64,000 nt of DNA, from assembly GCF_006345805.1 (NCBI RefSeq), contig NC_043001.1:44578001-44642000 (forward strand), in the 5' to 3' direction. This document shows positions 11,516 through 24,466 of the stretch, piece by piece; the stretch's first letter is position 1; every line of letters starts with the position of its first letter. Made by a program: the position numbers and the translations under genes. This stretch comes from Octopus sinensis. Its lineage: Eukaryota. The notes beneath the pieces are model-generated. The model worked only from the letters and a program-made list of their open reading frames with translations, was not told the origin of the DNA and ran no database searches.

Positions 11516-12015
11516 AGAAAAGCTGACAAAATTGATCCTAGTATTTCATTGATATTTCATTTTATTGACCCCAGAAGGAAGAAAGATTTAGTTGGTTTCT
11601 GCAGAATTTGAATATAGTAAGACAAAACTAAATGCCACAAACAATTTTGTACGATGTTTTACCAATTCTGTTTTCCATTGCACTCTTTTCTTTCCTTGTA
11701 ACACCAGATTGATGAATAAATCCTGATGACTTCCTTGGCAAGTACTATGTGCTTGTCATGGGATTTTCAGGTGAGAATACAAAGATGGTGTCCCTATTGC
11801 ATTCCTTTACATATTTCTTTGTAGAAGACATTCTCTTCTCAGCAACAGACAAATTCACCAAACCTGTCAAAATTAGAAGGGATTGTTATTATCATTCACA
11901 TTATTTAAAACAGCATTCATTTCATAGGCTCATCACAAGAGGTCTTGCTTTACAAGCTAGGTTCCTGTGACAAGCCTACAAAACTGTAAGTTGCATGGGG
12001 CCAAATCAGACTGCT

Positions 12016-12255
12016 TTAGTCCTTCAGCATTCAGATTACTCTGCCAAATGTTCTGCTTATTTATTTACACTGTTTTGAATTAATCATGCATCATCCTTGC
12101 AGTTTTGAGATTTTCATCATGTCATTGCTTATTTTTAGAAGGACATTTCAGGGGTAGGTGTGAGGGATTGCATCTGGTTGGTTTGAATATAAAACAGATA
12201 GAATATTTAGGCCAGATATGGCTGGTTTTGGCCAGTTTGAATGCTAAAGGGTTAA
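12016..12255. mobile_element. piggyBac-like (TTAA/CCC-ended) MITE, degenerate left end
   Basis: Right end tttgaatgctaaagggTTAA. Left end ttagtccttcagcattcag resembles TTAAccctttagcattc. A related left end lies at about 16232. Confidence 0.65.
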
Positions 12256-12303
12256 ATAATAACATGTAACACCTACAAAACATGTTGAGTGCTTCTTTCT
12301 TTC

Positions 12304-12415
<112 letters not shown>

Positions 12416-12437
12416 TATATATACATTTATATATATA

Positions 12438-12637
12438 GGTGCTGAAAAGTTCCTGGGTAAAAGAAAGTCCAGGAGTTAATTATGATTTTACTCAACATAT
12501 TTTCCTCTCAGATTCACACACTTATTGCAGCAGTCCTTCAGTTTTTCTAAGTGTTGTAAAAGAACTTGGAAGGCTGGGCCTCCAGCCAGGCCTTTCACAA
12601 TTCCGTTAAAGCCAAGAACATTTCAGCACCCTCTCAT
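12438..12637. mobile_element. Tc1/mariner-type MITE
   Basis: Inverted ends ggtgctgaaaagttcctgg / ccaagaacatttcagcacc. Left end abuts TA repeats. Right end cctctcat resembles mariner-type ...CCCTCGTA termini. Confidence 0.7.
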
Positions 12638-12842
12638 GTTTGTTTTGTTTTCTATTTGTGTCTTTCATTGTTCGAAAGAATAGTTCATGTTCCATGTACT
12701 CGTGCTTCGTACTTTTTTGTTGTACATGTTTCATGACATCCTTGTCTCCACATATGCATATATATATATATATTATATATATATATATATATAATATATA
12801 TATATATATATACGTATAGATATATGTATGTATATATGCATA

Positions 12843-12893
<51 letters not shown>

Positions 12894-13749
12894 TATTATT
12901 ATTATTATTTATATTATATATATATATATACATATATACACACATACATATACACACATACACACACACACAGCCACAATTTTGCATGGGAAGGGTAGAG
13001 TTCATTGAAGTGATACCAGTGTATCACTGGTACTTATATTCAATACTTCTTGACACTCTGTAATCAGGTAGATTTGTGTTGGCTATGATTGTCTGAGCTG
13101 GGCTAATGAGAACAAAACTATTCTAGGGCTGTCAGCATAACCACTAAAGATCTGTATGACCTTCCTCCTTCTACATATTTTCAATTAATTTGAAGTTAAC
13201 TGAAGCTTTAAGAGTTCATTTCCTTGCCTCTTTTGAAAGAAATGTTCATTAACACTAATGGATTTCCTGCTCATGGCAGTTATAAATTTGAAACGATGAT
13301 AAATTATTTTTGGCTTACCGCATCATGTATGGTAGCCACCAGCATAAACATATATATACGTACGATTGTATGCATAACGTATGTGTGTGTATATATATGT
13401 GTGTATGTGTGTGTGTATATATATATATTATTTAAAACTGTTTGATTTAGTTCCATGTGACTTAAAATTTCACGGGCCTCTGGAAGAAGCCCATCTCTTT
13501 CAGGTTTAGATTACAGAATGAAATTGTTTTAAATGATACATGTAACACCTACTAAATGTTTTGAGTACCTTTATCTTTCATTTGTCCGCTCACCCTTATC
13601 ATTATCATCATCATCATCATTATTTTCATTTAACATGCGTTTTCCATACATTTGTGTGTATGTAATGTTTATGTGCATGTGTGTGTGTGTGTACATGCAT
13701 GCATGTATAGAATCAGTATTTTGATCTTTCAAATGTGTTTTACCATTTA

Positions 13750-13946
13750 TTTATTCACTTCAGTCGTTTGACTGTGACCATGCTGGAGCACTGCCTTTAG
13801 TCAAACAAATTAACCCCAAGATTTATTCTTTGCAAGCCTAGTACTTATTCTATTGGTCTCTTTTGCCAAACTGCTAAGTTACAGGAATGTAAACACACCA
13901 ACATCGGTTGTCAAGCAACAGTGGAGGGACAAGCACAGACACACAC

Positions 13947-13991
<45 letters not shown>

Positions 13992-14150
13992 AGGGTTCTT
14001 TCAGTTTCTGTCTACCAAATCCACTCACAAGGCTTTGGTCAGCTCGAGGCTATAGTAGAAGACACTTGCCCAAGGTGTCACGCAGTGGGACTGAACCCAG
14101 AACCATGTGGTTGGGAAGCAACCTTCTTACCACACAGGCATGCTGTGCCT
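13750..14150 (-). mobile_element. SINE family A1
   Basis: cttcagtcgtttgactgtgaccatgctggagcac tail, internal (TA)n, and gacacttgcccaaggtgtcacgcagtgggactgaaccc head. Confidence 0.85.
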
Positions 14151-14619
14151 ATGTTGACATGTGGTAAACTGGACTTTCTGAGACAGTGTTTTTAATAGCC
14201 AGAGTTGCCCTTCCTGATGTCAACCCTTTAAATTCTCTCTCACAACGCAAAGGAATGCAGTGTTCATATTGTAAAAACCAGGATATACAGGGAATGAGTT
14301 CTCTGTACACACACACACACACACACACATGCATACATGTATATAATATTGTACATTAATTCATTCACCAGCCGAATATAATTATCATCAAATTTCATAT
14401 ATGTAGTCTATCCTTTTTCATTTGTTTCTTTTTGGTTTCTATGTTTGTTTTTATTTATGGTTATTTTTTTTTTTTCATTTTTATTTATATTTTGCATTCA
14501 GATACATGCACACCCACACACATATTCATATTAATAATTTTGATTACATGCTTCTTGGAAACTTAATTTTAAATAAAAATGTAAAATGTACTTTCCACAT
14601 GTGTAGACACACACACACA

Positions 14620-14657
<38 letters not shown>

Positions 14658-14662
14658 ATCTT

Positions 14663-14715
<53 letters not shown>

Positions 14716-14939
14716 ATCACACACACACACACATATACATAGAAAGACATGTGTATGCATATGGAAATTGTGTATATATAAACATGACTTATACACACAT
14801 ACAATGGCTTCTTGTGTGTATATACACCCACATATGTATGTACATGCAGATGTATACATCTGTAAGCAGCCATACAAAGATCTGAACCTGACTTGTGAAT
14901 GCATATGAACATGTAAGCATTTGCTTTGATTTCTTATTT

Positions 14940-15305
14940 TATGAGTTCAAATGCCACGGAAGTTGACTTTGCCTTTCATTCATTAGAGGTCAATGTAATC
15001 GACTGGTCCCCTCCCCCAAAATTTCAGGCCTTGTGCCTATGGCAGAAAGGATTATAATAATAATAATAATAATTATTATTATTATTATTGAGTTTGCAGA
15101 ATCATTTGCATATCAGACAAAAATGCTGAGCAGCATTTCATGTCTTCACGTTCTGAGTTCAAATTCCACCAAGGTCAACTTTGCCTTTCATCCATTCCGA
15201 GGTCGATAAAAATAAGTACCAGTTGGACCCTGGGGTCAATGTAATCAACTTATCCCCTCCCCTGAAATTGCTGGCCTTTTGCCAAAATTTGAAATCATTA
15301 TTATT
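14940..15305 (+). mobile_element. Two tandem SINE family B copies with (ATT)n tails
   Basis: gagttcaaattcc...gtcaactttgcctttcatcc...gtcgataaaaataagtaccagtt...ggggtcaatgtaatc occurs twice. Confidence 0.8.
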
Positions 15306-15646
15306 CTTATTATTTTCCATCCAGCTTGCTCTGCAAGTCTCTTCCTTCATCAGTTGTTGACTAAAGATTTCAATGTTTTTGAAACCTTCCAAGTAAATCA
15401 CTTCTTCCTACAGTGGCAAGCTGCTTTTATGCTACAAGGGAGTACCCAGGTTCTTTCTGCCACACTGGAACACACTTTTCCCCCCTCAATTATCCATAGA
15501 GCCATGAGAACAAGCTGAGTGCAGCTGTACCAATCCCAGTCATGCTGGAACTATTTTTTCGCTACTCTCTGAGGATTTGTTCTTGGCTCTCAGCTTTTGG
15601 TCTTTATCTTATAGGCATGAACTATACAGATACATATAACGTTATA

Positions 15647-15688
<42 letters not shown>

Positions 15689-15773
15689 ACACATACACAC
15701 ACATTATATATATATATATACACACACACACATTTTTTTATATACACACAATACACACACACACACACATATG

Positions 15774-15809
<36 letters not shown>

Positions 15810-17114
15810 ATATATATATTAGATTTCATCTATGGGATGGTTTTGTTGGAGCTGTTCTTTTTATAGCCATCCCCATTGGTGAGCACTCAATTGTAAAGTA
15901 AGAATTAAATAATTTCTTTGGGCTGTTTTGATGTTCAGTCAGATCAACTGAAGAAACCTGAGTCATATATCTCACTCGGGGAAAACCAATGATAAGAGCT
16001 TGTTGAAAGTCATTCTGTCTGCTAACAATAACAGTCAAAACTTCATAAATTACCCCCTACTGTCTTTTAAAATGTAGTGATACACAGAATAATGCACTTC
16101 TAGATTTGCTATTCATGGAAAGGTAGGGGATGCTGGTGAGCTTTTGATCATAGATCTTCGCAGTCTATGGCTAAACAACACTAACAGCAACGACCCTGTT
16201 CACAATGACTATTATAGTACATGTCCAGCACATTAACCCTTTGGCCTTCAAATTACTCTGTCAAATGTAATGCTTAAGGGTGTAGAAGGTGAGAGAAATG
16301 GCAATTTTATTCAACAGACAGCTGGCACATGATAGCTCAACCTGCTGAAAATAGCAACCAAAACTCACTAATCACATCTTAAATAAATGTTATATTGAAG
16401 AATATGGTTCCTGGCTGTAGGACTCACAACTAAAATTATTTTCATCATAGTTTTGTTTGAATATAACTGATTTGATAATAAACAATAACAAAGTTTACCT
16501 CAAGCCAACAACAACAACACACACATGCACTGCTTATAATATTGGGTATAATTTATGATGAGCTAATGAAAGAGCCTACAGAAATCACTAAATTTCTTTC
16601 AAATCATATCATTATCATCATTTAACCAGCTTCCATGCTGGCATGGGTTGGACGGTTTGAGAGGATTCAGTGTGTCTGAGGTTTGTTTGCATCATACTCC
16701 AAGCCAACTTTGGCATTGGGTGCTTTTTTCATGGCACCAGCACTTGTGAGGTTGCCATGCAGTTCATGAGTCTAAAGTTCCCTTTTGAGTAAATGGGGTT
16801 ACAATAAAGAGGAATGTGGCTTTATGTTAGATGAGAGATTAAAGTACAGAAGAAGCCAGAACAGAACTGGTTACTATTGTTTTAAAAAGAAAAAAGGTAA
16901 GAAGTGTTAGACTATTTAATACTAAATGCTGAAAAAGATAAGATGGTCGAGTTAAGAAAATCTTTAATCATTTGTCTCTGAATTGGGCTCACCTATGATT
17001 GAACTTGTTAATTTGATAATATATGACTATGTAATAAAGGATTGGGGAGGTCATTCTGCTAATTAACAGAACATTATTTCACATCTTTACTGCTGTTAAT
17101 TTTGTTTTTTTTAT

Positions 17115-17498
17115 ATCTTTTACCTGATTCAGTCATTTGACTGCACCATGCTGGAGCACCACTTTCAAGGGTTTTAGTCAAACAAATTGACCCCAAGGTG
17201 TACTTTTCTTAAGCCTAGTACTTATTCTATTGGTGTCTTTTACTGAGCTGCTAAGTTATGGGGATGTAAACACGCCACTACCAGTTGTCAATTGGTGGCA
17301 GGGGGAACAAACACAGACAAACACACACACACACATAATGGGCTTCTTTCAGTTTCTCTCTTCCAAATTCACTCACAAGGCCTTGGTCAGTCCAAGGCTA
17401 TAGTAGAAAACACTTGCCCAAAGTGCCATGCAGTGGGACTGAACCCAGAACCATGTGATTATGAAGCAAATTTCATATCACACAGCCATGTCTGCGCC
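17115..17498 (-). mobile_element. SINE family A1
   Basis: Same modules as 13750-14150. Confidence 0.8.
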
Positions 17499-17949
17499 AT
17501 TAATATAGTTAATATAATTAATAATCAATTACAATAAAGAAGTGAACTACAACCAGTGTGTGCATCTATATTAGGAGAATGATCCTCCCAATGTAAACGA
17601 ATACCAGTTTCAGCTTTTTTTTTTTTTTTGACACAAAGAATCTTGTGAAACAAATACATAATAAGTTCATGACATTCTAGAGTTTCCATATTATGTCATG
17701 TTTGGTTACCATGGACACATAATGGTAATGAATGATAACTAGTATAACAGTATGTTATAATGGTATGTACATCTGATACTAATAGATGGTAACCACTATG
17801 GTGGTATGAAGAGGGTGATAAGAACATGTATTTTAAGTGTGTGGAAACAGAGGTACAGGTGCATACTGGTGGTGGATTGTGACCTGTATAGTGTCATGAT
17901 GGCGTGAACAACATGTGGCAGTGGTGGTGGCGGTAGTGGCGGTGATACC

Positions 17950-17989
<40 letters not shown>

Positions 17990-18264
17990 ATGATTGTATG
18001 TGATAATTGCAGATTGTATTGATGTCTGGAGATGAAACATAATGTAAACATGATGGATGAAAATTGATCATTATGATGACGATGAGAAATGACGAATGTG
18101 ATATGACGAAGAGGAGGAAGAGGAAGAGGAGAAGAATGACAATGCTTCAGAGACCAAAGCACCACCAATATTGCCGAGTCATCAAAGGTGGGGAGTGAGA
18201 TTACGAGACTTCATCCCCTACTTGGTGGGGGCAGGGCTGTCTTTATAACCCCTGCTGATGACTC

Positions 18265-18325
<61 letters not shown>

Positions 18326-18581
18326 TCCTTTCTTTCTTTCTTTACTATTCATACCCTTTACCTTGAATCCACACCCCGAATTAACTGAGATTAATTTTAA
18401 AGAGGTTTAAAGAAGAAAACAGAATTACAATATGAAATAAATATTTTTAAATGGTGGCGGGGAGAGGAGCAGGGAAGTTTCAAATAAAAGACTCTTTGAA
18501 GTATTGGTGAGATTGTGGTAGAGATGGTGCTGGTAGAGGTTTGGAGATATGGCTGATGGTATTAGTGAAATTGTTGTTGTT

Positions 18582-18644
<63 letters not shown>

Positions 18645-19285
18645 AGTGGTGGAAGTTATGATTGTTAATGGGAGTAGTGAAGATAGCATATAGTCGTTAG
18701 TGATGATGGTTGTGAGTTTGTAATGGTAATAGTGTTAGTGATTGCAGTGATAATGTTGATAAGGCAGTGGTGGTGCTGGTGGTGGTAGTAGTAGTAGTAG
18801 TAACAGCAGTGGAGGTGGTTGTGGTGATACCGTTGATAAGGCTGTAGTGGTGGTTTTTAAAATTCTGTTATAATGTTGTTCAAAGGTGTTCCATTCACGA
18901 CCTTCCTTCCTGTTTTATTTTCAGCCATAGTATGTCCATCCTTATTTAAGACCTTGGGATGTCATTAAGAGAAAAATTTGGCTACTATTTCTAGCTAGTC
19001 AAAATACTCCTTAGAGTTCATATTCTGTTATACCTTGCAGTTCATACTCTGTTATATTGCATGCACACACGCATGTGTGTATGCATGTGTGTGCATGTAC
19101 ATGTGTGCTTTACTTACATGTGATAAGCCTGTAAATGTGTGAATGCATTTTTTCATTTGCCAGCTTTCTCTCTCTCTTTCCCTCTCCCTCCCTCTTTCTC
19201 ATGCAGCCATTTTCCTACTAGTTTTCTTGTAAGACCACATCACATTGCACTACAACTCTACACCATTCTATCCTACACCACTTTA

Positions 19286-19665
19286 CCTTTTACTTGTTTC
19301 AGTCATTAGACTGTGGCCACGCTGGAGCACCACCATGAAAAATTTTTAGTCGAATGAATCGACCCCAGTGCTTGTTTTTTTAAAGTTTGGCACTTAATCT
19401 ATCGGTCTCTTTTACTGAACTGCTAAGATACAAGGAGGTAAACACACCAATGCCAGTTGTCAAGCAATGATGGGACACAAACAGACACAAACACACACAT
19501 ACTATGGGCTTCTTTCAGTTATCATCTACCAAATCCACTCACAAGGTTTTGGTCAGCCTGAGGCTGACCAAAGAGGACACTTGCCCAAGGTTCCACACAG
19601 TGAAACTGAACCCAGAGCCATGCAGTTGCGAAGCAAGCTTCTTACCACTCAACCAAGCCTGCATC
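19286..19665 (-). mobile_element. SINE family A1
   Basis: ttttacttgtttcagtcattagactgtggccacgctggagcac ... gacacttgcccaaggttccacacagtg. Confidence 0.8.
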
Positions 19666-20177
19666 TAGTACACCATAGTACACTAAAACACACTTGCTAC
19701 ATTAGATTACACTGCACCACTTTATGCTACATGACTCACCACTGCACACACCTACATGGCTACTGACCTGCTAGAAATAACAGCCACATCTCCCTCAAAA
19801 CTGAAGGATACATTGAATATTATGTGTTAAAAGTCCAAAACTAAAGGATCTAAGCTAGAACACCTCAAACAGGGCTAAATTAGGGTTAACCCACTTTAAA
19901 ACAAACATCACAATATATTTTATAGCACCACACCACAATACAATTGATCTCAAATTTTGGCAAAAAGCCAGCAATTTCAGGGGAGGGGCTAAGTCGATTA
20001 CATCTGCCCAGTACATTTTATTGACCCCCGAAAGGATGAAAGGCAAATTCAACCTCAGTAGAATTTGAACTTAGAATATGAAGACGGATGAAATGCTGCT
20101 AAGTATTTTGGTTGATGTACTAACAATTCTGCCAGAATATGTTTGAGAAATAATTCTTTATTTGTGGGTTAACAAGG

Positions 20178-20256
20178 CAACTAATGGTTTCATGTGGAGA
20201 GATCTTCACAATTGTTCATGCATTGTGAAGATCTCTCCACATGAAACCATTAGTTG
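20178..20256. repeat. Perfect 35-bp inverted repeat with 9-nt loop
   Basis: caactaatggtttcatgtggagagatcttcacaat-tgttcatgc-attgtgaagatctctccacatgaaaccattagttg; no mismatches. Confidence 0.97.
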
Positions 20257-20531
20257 TCCACTTCCATGTGGACATCTCATGTACAGTTCTGCAAATTATA
20301 TTTTATATGATGGTCGCACTGATGAATTGCAGACATTTACGTATGTAAATATGTAAATAGTAGCAATGAAACCTGGTGTATTTTGTATCTTTTCATTTGT
20401 CTTGCTCACTTACATTCTGAAGTTTGCCAAATTTTCTTGAAAACAATTTTTTCTTAGTGGTCACACCATATGGGGTTTACGTTTAGCATATTGGATGTCC
20501 AGCTAGTGGTGATCCCTCTTGTATGTATGTA

Positions 20532-20562
<31 letters not shown>

Positions 20563-20606
20563 AGGAATTTTACCCGCCCTAGATACATATATATATATTA
20601 TATACT

Positions 20607-20928
20607 TTGACTGGCTTCTGTGCCGGTGGCACGTAAAAAGGCACCATCCGAACGTGGCCGATGCCAGTGCCGCCTTGACTGGTTTCTGTGCCGGTGGCAT
20701 GTAAAAAGCACCATCCGAACGCGGCCGATGCCAGTGCCGCCTTGACTGACTTCTGTGCCGGTGGCACCTAAAAAGCACCCACTACACTCGCGGAGTGGTT
20801 GGCGTTAGGAAGGGCATCCAGCTGTAGAAACACTGCCAGATCAGACTGGGGCCTGGTGCAGCCACCTCGCTTCCCAGACCCCGGTCGAACCGTCCAACCC
20901 ATGCTAGCATGGAAAACGATGATGATGA

Positions 20929-20930
<2 letters not shown>
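20607..20930 (+). mobile_element. Young RTE-tail element with 2.5 tandem copies of a 67-bp unit at its 5' end
   Basis: Units start at 20607, 20675 and 20742. They are followed by gcacccactacactcgcggagtggttggcgttaggaagggcatccagc...acccatgctagcatggaaaacgatgatgat. CpGs are retained. Confidence 0.9.
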
Positions 20931-20968
<38 letters not shown>

Positions 20969-21131
20969 TGTGTGTGTGTTTCTGTATGCTACTTCTTCAC
21001 TCACAAGACATTGGTTGGCTGGGGCTAATTAGATGACACTTGCCAATGTTGCTGCTGTGGGACTGAACCTAAAACCCCATGTTTGCAAAGCAAGCTTCTT
21101 AACCACACACACACACACATACACACTCACG

Positions 21132-21164
<33 letters not shown>

Positions 21165-21885
21165 CACACACACACACACTCACACACTCACACACACACA
21201 CACCACACACACACTCACACTCACACACTCACACACACTCACGCACACATACTCACACGCACACACACACACTCATACACAAACAAAAGAAATATGTTGA
21301 CTGCAGCTAGAGATTTCCTTTGATCACATGTTTGCTTGATCAGAGCTGACCTGGGGTTAAACAGCAACAACAACAGCACCAGCAGCAACACCAACACCAA
21401 CACTCTACCATATCACAATCCACCATATGACATTACCCCCCACCACCACCACCATCCCCATCACCATGCCATTCCCTCCATCCTCATTCTTCTTTCATCA
21501 TCATCAGTCTATTTCTTCATGGCTCATTGGAACTAAATGCTTTCTTTTCACTAAGTGCGAGCATCTTTCAAGTTTTATTCTCCCTCCACGCAAACCATCT
21601 CTGCCTACATCTCTCTCTGTTTTCTTCGATATATCTTTTCTCATTTCATCTTAGTCTTCCTCATTGCTTTTGTTTTCTTTTCATTCTCTATTTTCTTCTT
21701 CTCTCCTCTCTCTCTCTCTCTTTCACTTTTCGTATGTTTTCTCACCTTCTCTTTCCAATTATATTCTCTTGCATTACATACACAAATGGTCATGTACACA
21801 CACACCATAAATCAGAGCTACATACATCTCTCTCCTTCTCTATCTCCTTGCTTTTCTCTGTGTATAATGTGTATGTATGTATATA

Positions 21886-21982
<97 letters not shown>

Positions 21983-22588
21983 CCTTTCTTTTCTCTTTCT
22001 TGTCTTCAGTTCATTGCTAATTTCGGGATTGAAGTGGTGGAAAAAATAAATTTAGAAATAGAAATATTAAAACAATAAATAAGAAATTGAATCAGATGAA
22101 CAAACAAAAAAGACAAAAAAAAAAAACAACAACACAAGTTAAAGAAATAAAGCAAAAAGTGAGAAAAATAACCGAAGAAGGAGGACATTTTTTTTCTAAA
22201 TATTTCTCTCTTCAACAACTACAAGATTTTTGCATTCCATTTGCTTTTCTTCTTGTCATTAAAGGCCTATTATTGTTGTTGTTTTTATTGGTATTCATGC
22301 TGGCGGTAGTGGTGGCAGTGGTGATAGATTGTTAATGGTGGTGGTGGTTGCTTTTAATGCTTTAATCTGTTTCCACCTATTTTGTTTCCTACTAGTCATC
22401 ACAATCATTGTCAAAATCACTACAACCAATGCACTGTCATTGTTATCATCATCATCATCATAATGAAATCTAAGAGAAAAGTCTTTGAGTGATTGCATGA
22501 CCTGCTAAGAAATAGCAGCCAGATCTCCCTCTAAGTACACTATACCTTATCTTCAAGAAAGTAGACACATTACACACCATATATATAT

Positions 22589-22975
22589 GGAGTGGCTGTG
22601 TGGTAAGTAGCGTGCTTACCAACCAATGGTTCCGGGTTCAGTCCCACTGCATGGCACCTTGGGCAAGTGTCTTCTACTATAGCCTTGGGCCGACCAAAGC
22701 CTTGTGAGTGGATTTGGTAGATGGAAACTGAAAGAAGCCCGTTGTATATATATATATATATATATATGTATATGTTTGTGTGTCTGTGTTTGTCCCTCCA
22801 CCATTGCTTGACAACCAGTGTTGGTCTGTTTATGTCCCCATAACTTAGTGGTTTGGCAAAAGAGACTGATAGAATAAGTACTAGGCTAACAAAGACTAAG
22901 TCCTGGGGGTGATTTGCTTGACTAAATGCGGTGCTCCAGCATGGTCACAGTCAAATGACTGAAACAAGTAAAAGA
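22589..22975 (+). mobile_element. SINE family A1
   Basis: ggagtggctgtgtggtaagtagc head through gactgaaacaagtaaaaga tail. Confidence 0.9.
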
Positions 22976-23727
22976 ATATATATATGTCAAATTTTAAAAA
23001 GAAATACAGAAAGATAGGGTCAGATCTAGAAAACCTTTGATCTTAGATAAGCGCGAGTGTGGCTGTGAGGTAAGAAGTTTCCTTGTGAACTACATGGTTC
23101 TAGGTTCAGTCCCATTGCATGGCACCTTGGGCAAGTGTCTTCTACTATAGCCTTGGGCCATTCAAAGCCTTGTGAGCGGATTTGGTGGATGGAAACTAAG
23201 AGAGAAAAGGAAGAAATCAAACAACAGGAGAGAAAGGCTCAACAAAATCAATCTCATCTTCTAACAACATTACTATGCAGTCAATACCTTTGAGTCTTCT
23301 GTGCAAGAATAGATCTATTTAGTCGTCAATGCCACCACCATAAAGAAGAAAGTAAATTCTTGGATATGTAATGAAACCAACAACAAAGATATATATGTGT
23401 GTTTGTATCTGCTTGTCAACCGGTGTTGGTATATTTACATCCCATGTCTTAGCAGTTTGGCAAAATAGACCAATAGAATAAGTACCAGGTTTTAAAAAGA
23501 AGTACTGGAATTGATTCATTCAGCTAAAATCCTTCAAGGTGGTGCTCCAGTATGGCCGCTATCTAATGACTGAAACAAGTAAAAGATTGAAGGTAGATCT
23601 GTTCAGTTAAGGCAGACTTGTGGCTCAACAACTATATCATCATCATCTTCATATTATATACTTTTATATTTCACAAATCTATATATTAGTAATAAGGGTT
23701 TCTTAATCATTGTGGACAACAAATATT

Positions 23728-23862
23728 TCTTTCTACTAAAGGCACCGAGCCTGAAATTTTGGGGGTAGGGGACTAGTCAATTACATTGACCCCAGTACTT
23801 GACTGGTACTTATTTTATCAACCCCGAAAGGATGAAAGGCTAAGTTGATCTTGACAGAAAAA
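23728..23862 (-). mobile_element. 5'-truncated SINE family B with 15-bp TSD
   Basis: TGGACAACAAATATT at 23713-23727 and 23863-23877 flanks the insert. Confidence 0.85.
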
Positions 23863-24466
23863 TGGACAACAAATATTAACTGAAGAAAAGACCCAATACA
23901 TAAGATAGATCCAAAAACATATTTTAGAAAAGTTAACTTCAAAGTTTTACCAAGAGTAATTTATCGAATGCACACACACACACAAGCACTCAATACTAAA
24001 AGGCAGTAGAGCTCAAAATGAGTGCATATAAAATGTATTAAAACTGAATATTAACAAAATATTTTTAAAAATCACTCACAAGAATTGTAGTTGAATCTGA
24101 TGTTTTTAATAATTTCATTGGCATTCACTTTTGAGTTATGTCAGATGGATTATTCTAACTCTGTGTTGTGTGTGTGTAAAAAATACATACTGGCTCAGGA
24201 AAAAGATGCTGTTGTTTACAACCATATTTTTCCTAGCTTTGATATCATTCATTATGTCTTATTCAACAAGAATGTGGCTGTTACTTGATATTGGTGGGCA
24301 GCACTAAGTTGTCTCCCATCGTTTGATCAAAGGATTCATGTATACTATATGTATGCACATATAAATATAAAAACACATTTATGATATGCTTACATTTTCA
24401 GTGTTTACATTGTTTGTGGAAGATTTTTCTTATCTCAAACTAAAATTTTATAATTCTGTTTTTAAA

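Noticed and set aside
11749-11970. 73-aa plus ORF and a possible minus-strand exon (TTTTGACAG acceptor)
   Set aside because: No homology recognised and no convincing donor.
20607-20785. CRISPR-like or pistol-ribozyme interpretation of the 67-bp repeats
   Set aside because: The units are contiguous with no unique spacers. The hairpin followed by UAAA recalls pistol P1, but I could not place P2/P3 or the cleavage-site strand.
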